DNA from: Octopus bimaculoides
Taxonomy: Eukaryota
Assembly (NCBI RefSeq): GCF_001194135.2
Contig: NC_068981.1
Span: 16,072,811 to 16,135,826, forward strand
DNA length: 63,016 nt
Direction of reading: 5' to 3'
The stretch's first letter is position 1. Every line of letters begins with the position of its first letter. The translations under genes were made by a program, and so were the position numbers. Of the stretch, positions 55,146 through 63,016 are shown one piece after another. The notes under the pieces are model-generated. The model saw only the letters and a list, made by a program, of their open reading frames with translations, had not been told where the DNA came from and ran no database searches.

Positions 55146-55313
55146 TTGTTTTTTTTTCTTCTTTCTTCAAATTTTGTTCCATTTCTCGCCGAGTGTTTTC
55201 CGTACACCTAGGGCAGAGAAACTCATGCATACAATGTGTTTCTCTGCCCTAGGTGTACGGAAAACACTCGGCGAGAAATGGAAGAAAATTTGAAGAAAGA
55301 AGAAAAAAAACAA
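55146..55313. repeat. Near-perfect long hairpin (palindromic MITE-like insert)
   Basis: 55177-55222 is the exact reverse complement of 55238-55283 (46 bp), with a 15-nt loop. After one mismatch the stem continues into T-rich/A-rich arms. Confidence 0.9.
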
Positions 55314-55388
55314 AATAATAATAATAATAACGACAACAACATCGAAAATACCTTTGGAATGAGAATCCAGGTATGAAATTTCCCCCAA

Positions 55389-55434
55389 GACACCTCATGA
55401 AGGCTGGAGTGTATATCAGCCGAAACGTTGTTTT
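55389..55434 (+). ncRNA. Minimal type I hammerhead ribozyme-like motif (G5>C core change)
   Basis: gacac-CUCAUGA-A-GGCUG(gagugauauau-type loop)CAGCC-GAAAC-GUU. The two copies carry different single core changes, implying a CUGAUGA ancestor. Confidence 0.55.
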
Positions 55435-56889
55435 AAGAAGATGAGGACAAATATGGTTTCTTGAAACATCACGCTCTTTAAAACCATTGTCTTTCTTCGC
55501 GCAACTTTAACAAAGTTCACGCTGTTAGAAGAATTGGTCCAGATCTTTTATCAGAAAATTTTATTCGTTTCCGACCACTCAGTAATAACCAAACAAATAC
55601 TCGTGGGTGCTGAACTTAAGTAAACCATAAAATGCAATGTGCTTTTATTTATCGAATACCATATTTTCTGGGGTTTTCTTTTCATAGAATCTCTTGATAA
55701 AGATAGGGCTTGATCATTGCAGTGAACTAATTATAGGTTGAGTCGTTCGGCTAGCAGGGTCAAAAGTGTGTCGAACAGAAAGTGTTGGAGAAATATTCTG
55801 GGTTTACATACAGCCTAGGTCAAAATCTACCTTCAGGATCGATAAATACCCTGTTTTTCAGTGCTGGGTCAGTCTTTTTCTCTTTCAGTTATTTTATCCT
55901 ACTTATGCAGAGTCATAGGTTATTTTATATCACCTATGCAGAGTTACAGGTGAGAGAATCAGAAGTCTCTCTCTCCCCTCCCCATTTCTTACTCTTTCTC
56001 CTTGTCTATCTATTTACCTATCTGTTTATCTATCTATTTATCTACTCATGAATATATAAACATCTAAACCATTAACGAAAACATGGAATTTGCTGATACA
56101 GACTTTACGCCGTTCAACAGTAAGGCCGTAGTTAATAAGAAATGTATATATACATTGTACCGAGGTGTTCGGAGTTTAATGATGATTGACTACCAACCGC
56201 CGACATCCTTAATTTTAAACGATGAACCAGATCTAATGACAAGGCTGATTGAGCTAGTTGAACAACTTCGTTCCAGATGCACATGGCATGGGTTACAAAC
56301 CTTCAACTTATCGATCGATATCAAATATCTTACATAACTTAACCAATTGCGATTCTTTAAATATTAGATAGAGTCTGAGACAGATGCATAAAAATAATTG
56401 GCATGTTCTCACCAATTGTTGCTTTCCAACACTCCGTGAATATATAATGATTTATTTGCAGCAGTTTAAGACCTCTGAATTGTGAAGCTGCACATCAGCT
56501 AGCATATACCTGTTATTCAAAAGGAAGCCTAAACTTAATCTTATCAGAAGCTACGGAGTTTCGTTGTTAACATGAACACACTAATTATATTGACGATTGA
56601 TTTATAACAACACAGAAACGATCAGAGTTATATAATATTCATATAAATGAGCAACAACAATGTTATTTATCACCTGCTTATGGCATAGAATAATCCACGG
56701 AAGGATCTAATCTAAATGGAATACTTATACAATAGGTAATATACAATGACAATTCATTCTTGACAATTATATGCCAATGTTTCTTGTAGATATCTGAACG
56801 TACAGAATTTAAATACTGAACTATAATGTACTACCACAAAGTGTTTCTTATTAAAAGGTTTTTCTTGAAACAAAGCACCTGTATTTCAT

Positions 56890-57105
56890 TTTTTAGTCAT
56901 TGTTTTAGTCATTAGACTGCGGGCATGCTGCATGCTAAGGCACCGCCTTGAAAATTATTTTTAGTCGAATGAACTGAAACCAGTATATTTATTTTTATAG
57001 CCTGGTACTTATTCTATCGCCTTTTCCGTCGAACCTCTAAGTTATAGGGACGTTGACATATCAGCACTGGTCTTGAAGCGGCGGTGGAGGACAAAAACAG
57101 ACACA
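56890..57105 (-). mobile_element. SINE family C 3' half, degenerate
   Basis: gtcattagactgcgggcatgct...caccgccttg...gcctggtacttattctatcg matches the family C tail. Confidence 0.7.
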
Positions 57106-57689
57106 ACCATAGAATACCAAATTGTTTTACACAGGATCTTGTTTTTAGGAATTCCAAATAAGTTATGAATACCCACATTGCGAAGTCAGTTATGTAATAA
57201 CATGAAAGTAGTTACCCAATAGTAATAATTCAAATAAAGTAGCCCCGGAAAGGGTTTTAATGTGTTCCCAAAGTATATAGAAGTTAGGAGGAAATACTAA
57301 TAACGTATGTATACTAAAATCTTGAAGCATGTTACGTAATAACAGGCTAATCAGATATGAGACAATAACAATTCAAAGTAGATAACTCTGAAAAGGGCTT
57401 TTGCGCGTTCCCAGAGAATATTACCCTAAACGGCCCTAGTGTTTGTATATTCGTGAATAAGTCACTAACCGAAATAAGTTGATCTATTGTTTAGGAAAAT
57501 ATTATTTACTTGTTTAGGGCTTGTATTGGATAAATTCTGAAAAAAAACTCTAGCAGTTCAAATACTAAGAAATAAGCATACTCAATTTGATTTATTCCAA
57601 ATGATTTAGGAAAATGAATGGATTCTTTTCCTTGGCTCTTAAAATCTGGGCGTATGGGTCATTTCCCTTAGATGTTAAAATGAAATATA

Positions 57690-57872
57690 TTATATATATG
57701 AGGGTCCCTTCCAGAGGTCATGTTATCGATTATTTCAACTATCTGAGGTTTCCAGACATGAATTCTACTCACGTGTCAAGTTTCATCAAAATCGATAGAA
57801 TGATGTAGGAGGAGTTAACTAACAACTCCACAAACACATCCACAGACAGTATTTCCCACATATATTGTAGAT
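57690..57872 (+). mobile_element. Possible Helentron-associated (DINE-1/HINE-like) 3' end
   Basis: caagtttcatcaaaatcga...aggaggagtt...acagacag...atatattgtagat resembles the HINE/DINE-1 terminal layout. Confidence 0.3.
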
Positions 57873-58167
57873 AACACCAATAAAACTGCCTAATTGTGAC
57901 TACAGAACTAAAATACTGTTAAATATATTAACAAATTAGGAAGCTATTATTCAGTGACTAAAGTAGCTAGATATAAACCACATCCCACTAATTTGTCTTA
58001 GAAATATAAGGTCATACTGAATAATTAAATAATGTAATCACACACGCGCGTGCACACAAACATGCACGCTCACAAGTATATATGTATATATGAAATACAT
58101 ATGCACGTGTGTGAGTGTATTTAACTTAACAGTTCCGCATACCAGTTCAAACCATGCACATACATAT

Positions 58168-58324
58168 GTTTATGTATGTATGTATGTATGTATGTATGTA
58201 TGTATGTAGGTAGGTAGGTAGGTAGGTAGGTAGGTTTGTGGGAAGATAGGTAGGTAGGTAGGTAGGTAGGTAGTTAGGTAGGTTTGTAGGTAGGTAGGTA
58301 GGTAGGTAGGTAGGTAGGTAGGTA
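58168..58324. repeat. (ATGT)n(AGGT)n compound microsatellite
   Basis: Read directly from the sequence. Confidence 0.95.
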
Positions 58325-59365
58325 TATGCTTCCACGTTGTCATTTCAATGGTGATTTCAGGAAAACCTGAAGCTTCTTTTCCGAAGGTTCAATGAAAGAG
58401 ACATCTGAACATAAAGTGCCGGAACAAATGCCGCCATCATTTGTCTGATGCTCTTACAAATTTCGCCCAATCGATTACCGTAGTTTTAAACATTCACGCA
58501 TATACATATTAATAGATACAAGCGTATGTGTATGCTACTTCAAACAAATACCCGGATTTCCTATTCACCAATAATGCAGATCTATTCAACAGATTTTGTT
58601 CTTGCTTATAGGTTTCAAATTTACATGTCTTTACCTACATTTTTACCAGGCCTGCTCCCCCATATTTGACCTGGAGGTGAAAAACAAAGAATTCAGTGAC
58701 TGGCATATTCTTGTACGTTTGTTTGTATTGATCGTCCTATTAGTATCATTTAAGGGGATAATTTGTATTTAAAAAATGGGGGATTTTATTGAATGTAAAT
58801 AGTCTACAAAACCTTTTATCCTGGAAAGCATTCCTGTTTTTAAATCGTTTTCTTTGACGATAAAACCGGTTTTCGTTCTACTGTTAGCTACAGCACAGAC
58901 AGAGTAAATATTACTCTCTGCTTTTTTAAATACCGTATCGATCATAAAATTAGCCTTTTCTGTTTTTCTTTGTTTTTTTGCCTGAGATATTTCAATTAAT
59001 CTATCAAATATATTGCTGTCATCTTTAATTTCTACAAAACATATGAATGACATTTATTGTCAATAATTCTCCAGGTTTGAAATAGAAAATGGATTCTATA
59101 GAAAACCTTTTTTTGTGATGTCTACTTGAAAAGAATCAAAATATAGTTAAGCAATCTCAAACAAAGCAGTACTAAAGTATATCCTTATCATAAATCTCTT
59201 TTCTTCACCTTATTATTATTTTGACTTGTGTATTAATAAGACAATAATTAAAATACTAAAATCAAAGGAAAATTAGCTGCACATATATTGCATTTCAAAT
59301 GTGCTCACATACTGAATAGAATGCCTGTCAAGAAGCTCCACATACATTCATTTACAAAAACACTT

Positions 59366-59396
<31 letters not shown>

Positions 59397-59419
59397 CACA
59401 CACATACACACACACACAC

Positions 59420-59458
<39 letters not shown>

Positions 59459-59640
59459 AACACGCATACATGTATATGTGTATGTATAAATAAATGAATA
59501 TATATATATATATATAAGAAGGTCACAGGATGTGTGACAAANNNNNNNNNNNNNNNNNNNNNNNNNNNNNNNNNNNNNNNNNNNNNNNNNNNNNNNNNNN
59601 NNNNNNNNNNNNNNNNNNNNNNNNNNNNNNNTATATATAT

Positions 59641-59800
59641 GCTCGAAATGAGGAGTAGATAGACAGCCGACAACTGATGAAGGGTCATTCTTTATATACT
59701 TGTCTTGTGTTCTATTTGCTTCTCTCGTTGCTTACATATTGAACTCATTTGTTTGCGCATTTGATGTTGTTTACTGTTGATGACGCCTTGTACCCATATA
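59641..59800 (+). repeat. Interspersed repeat, family shared with 25150-25458
   Basis: cagccgacaactgatgaaggg...gttgtttactgttgatgacgccttgtacccatata. Confidence 0.55.
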
Positions 59801-60016
59801 TACATATATATTTGTGTGTGTGTACTGTATGTATGTATATATATATATATATATATATAACGACGTTTTCCGAAAATCCGCCCTTCCATTAGATCACCCG
59901 TGGGCGTTTATTTGGATGGGCAGTTGAAACAGCGTTAGTGTTCTTATTTGCTTTCTGTTTAGACGTTCATTTGCCCTACGTATGTAGATAAATTTAAAGG
60001 ATATTTATTCCCGATA

Positions 60017-60771
60017 ATGGAGTCGAAAGAAAACATATCAAAACGTGTTCAACGATCATATACCATTAGTGAAAAATTCAGTGATATTAAATGAGTGAAA
60101 GAACATTCTGGCAATGTATCTGCTGCGTGAAGAGACAGGAATTGATAGAAAACGATTAAGAGAATGGTGCACAAAAAAAACTGAGTTAATCCATATGTCA
60201 GACAAGAGGAGGCGCAGATCAAGGGGTCTAGAGATTGAACTCTTACAGTGGATTGTTGTTCAGCGTGCAAACAATATAATTGTATGTTATCGCCGTTTAC
60301 GGGAATATACTTTTGAATTGGCAAAAAGATTCGGAGTTGAAATGAACAGCTTTAGATGTTCTGGTAAATGGATTTTCAATTTCATGAAACGGAATAAATT
60401 GACTGTGAGAAAGATTACACATGTTGGTCAAGCTGACAATAAAACACTTGGAAAAAGAGTTACAAATCGCCAATGACTATCTAGATTGCATTCTAGTATT
60501 AACAGCAGATAAGGATATTGACCAGATTTATAATATGGATGAAAACACCTGTATACGTTGACATGTTGAGTTCAACAACCATAGACTTTGTTGGCAATAA
60601 AAATGTAGATGCTAGCCACTGGTGGTACCAAAGCTCGTTTTACTGCTGTGTTGTGTGTTAATGATGCAGGAAACGTGTTAAAAACAATGATTATCCTTAA
60701 AGGATTGAAAAACCTGCCTAATTGCAAGGTCCCAAAGAACAATTACTTAACAGCCTCCAATAGAGGTTCTT
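60017..60771 (+). mobile_element. Decayed pogo/Tigger-like DDE transposase (CENP-B-type HTH + start of DDE domain)
   Basis: ATG at 60017 gives MESKENISKRVQRSYTISEK...GIDRKRLREW. ORF 60114-60476 has LEIELLQWIVVQR...FRCSGKWIFNFMKRNKLTVRKITHVGQ. Frameshifted continuation IYNMDE/TPVYVDM...KARFTAVLCVNDAG. Truncated at a (CA)n tract. Confidence 0.88.
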
Positions 60772-60781
60772 TTCTCTAAAT

Positions 60782-60856
<75 letters not shown>

Positions 60857-60884
60857 NNNNNNNNNNAGGTTCTTTTCTCTAAAT

Positions 60885-60991
<107 letters not shown>

Positions 60992-61339
60992 CAAAATAAA
61001 CAACAAGGATATTCAAAGTTAATGCAGTACGATCGTTTCATGCGACTCCATTCACTTATGCAATGTGAACATTACGCTAAATGTAAAATGCATAGCAATC
61101 CTCAGCTGAACAAAGATATAGAAGTTGACGAAAATTTTAATGGGGATGCAAAGAGTTCCATGTGCAGGTTGAAAAATTACAACTGTCTTTTTCAAGTTGA
61201 TGATCAAGCCAAAATCACCACATGCTGTGTCAAATGCAGATACAAGTGATTGCAGGCCCGTTTAAGTGTGACTGACTAGATCGCAATCGTCAACGTATAA
61301 GCGTTCTCTATTGAGTGAAGTAGAAACATTTGTTTTGAA

Positions 61340-61930
61340 TTTCAGTCTGGTCAGATTAAAAACATTCGATATTGTTCGATATTTTATGTAAATACCCTCC
61401 TCGAACTTTTGAAAAGCATTGGACTACACATCAGCAAAATATATTGCAAAGAGGGTTGGTGCATCAAGGTCTCCTTGCTGTACTCCATTTTCCATGGCAA
61501 AAGATTCACGGATCCTACCACAAAAATTAATTCTAACCTTCATATCTTGATGCAAAGCCCTGATCATGTTTACAAATTTTTCTGAGGAACCTATTTTCCT
61601 AAGAATTAACCACAGCGCATTTCGATTAACAATATCGAATGCCTTGCTCAAATCAACAAAGCAATGGTAACGGGCAAGATTCTATTAAATGCACTTTCCT
61701 TGAAATTGTCTGATATTAAAGATTCAATCAACTGTACGTCTGCGTGAGCGAAAACCGCAATGAGACTCATACGCTATATTTGGAACTATGAAGGTATTTA
61801 AACGTTCTAACAGAATACAAGCAAGTACCTTTCCAACTACAGACTAAAGCGAAATCTCACGAAAATTGCCACACAGATACGTTGGCCCTGATTTTCACAA
61901 GGAGACTAAACTGGCATCAATTCAGACTTG
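61340..61930 (-). mobile_element. RTE-clade LINE reverse transcriptase fragment
   Basis: FVDLSKAFDIVNRNALWLILRKIG...NGVQQGDLDAPTLFAIYF, with upstream ISL*SVVGKVLACILLERL...CGFRSRR. Non-LTR RT motifs with stops. Confidence 0.88.
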
Positions 61931-61974
61931 ATGCACTTCCTCACTTCTCCAACAGTGACAAATTAATATATTTA

Positions 61975-62055
<81 letters not shown>

Positions 62056-62984
62056 ATACATACATAGATACATACATATGTGTGTGTGCATGTGTGTGTG
62101 TGTATATGTGCGCATGCTCGTCTCTGTATAAACATGTGTGTACGCGTGTTTGTGTGAATTTCTATCTTTGAGCACGACGAGATACCAGAGCAGAAAATAT
62201 GCTGTACACTTCAACTAATTCAGTTACGGACATTAAGACATGAATGCATGTACGATACATAGGTAACAATGAACATGTTCATGCTGGAAACACTACAGAT
62301 ACAATAATGAAAACCATGACATACATAGTATGTGTCAGCATTGATATATATTAGATAGAAGCGTCACGTAAAACCTAGATAGAAACAATGGTCTGCTCAC
62401 AAAGTATCATATATACAATTGAACCGATAAAGAAACTATTAAGCGAAGAAACTATTAAGCGACAGTATCTCTACGAAGTCTGTCGAAATATAGGATTCTT
62501 AGATTCTTCCTATGAAACATTTATCAAAATATATCTTCAAGATCGAAAAAGTTAATAGATTTCTCATAATGTGTTATGCTCCGAAATTAAATCCGAGACT
62601 TCCATACATATTCATGCACACCGACATATATGCATATACATAGATATGTGTGCGTGCGCGGGCGCGTGTGTGTGTGTGTCTGTATGTGTGTGTGTGTGAA
62701 AAAGTAATCCTTATCTCCAACTCAACTTAGTCGTTGTCTTTCGTAGTGATTCCATATAGTACAGAGTATGTTGTTTGAATTGCCACATATTATATAGATG
62801 GTGATTACATAGAGCATCTGTCGCTCTGCCTTAGTTGAAGGAGACGGTAAAGCTCTCGTTCTGTGTCCCGAGAGTGTAATCCTCGAATTATGCTATTGGA
62901 CTGAATCTATGTTGGAATACGGGTTCGATCTTGAGGGACTAGATTTGCGGCTGTTTACATTTGTGGACCTTGGGAGTCCCTTTT

Positions 62985-63016
<32 letters not shown>

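Larger units (their letters stand above)
55059..55454 (+). mobile_element. Same SINE-like unit (right unit of inverted pair), interrupted by a palindromic insert and 3'-truncated
   Basis: A-box-like tagtggttaag (55069-55079), B-box-like gtttgattcc (55109-55118), (AAT)n, insert 55146-55313, then gacac-CTCATGA-A-GGCTG..CAGCC-GAAAC-GTT and gatgaggacaaatat. Confidence 0.75.

Noticed and set aside
59641-59700. CTGATGAAGGG as a third hammerhead family
   Set aside because: No stem II followed by GAAA could be built downstream, and the sister copy at 25.3 kb has ctgctgaa.

Overview
AT-rich, microsatellite-dense eukaryotic genomic DNA with about 19 N-gaps, most flanked by (TA)n. The repeat families look like those of an octopus/coleoid cephalopod; this is inferred from recognition, not a search. 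The only host gene I can support is the 3' end of an AMPA-type ionotropic glutamate receptor on the minus strand. It comprises a 106-nt exon equivalent to the vertebrate flip/flop exon (40529-40634), the M4 exon (32374-32514, ending at a GC-type donor) and a candidate terminal exon (27740-27802). Earlier exons were not found and lie beyond 63016 or in gaps. The rest is intron/intergenic DNA with decayed transposons (mariner, pogo, Penelope GIY-YIG, RTE LINE), several tRNA-derived SINE families, palindromic MITEs and microsatellites. The most unusual signal is at 54.75-55.45 kb: a head-to-head pair of units, each built as tRNA-like Pol III head + (AAT)n linker + minimal hammerhead-ribozyme motif of the Penelope type. 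An internally deleted relative lies at 52.1 kb, and a second hammerhead-like family occurs at 38.8 and 54.6 kb. Most ORFs in the supplied track are microsatellite or N-gap artefacts.
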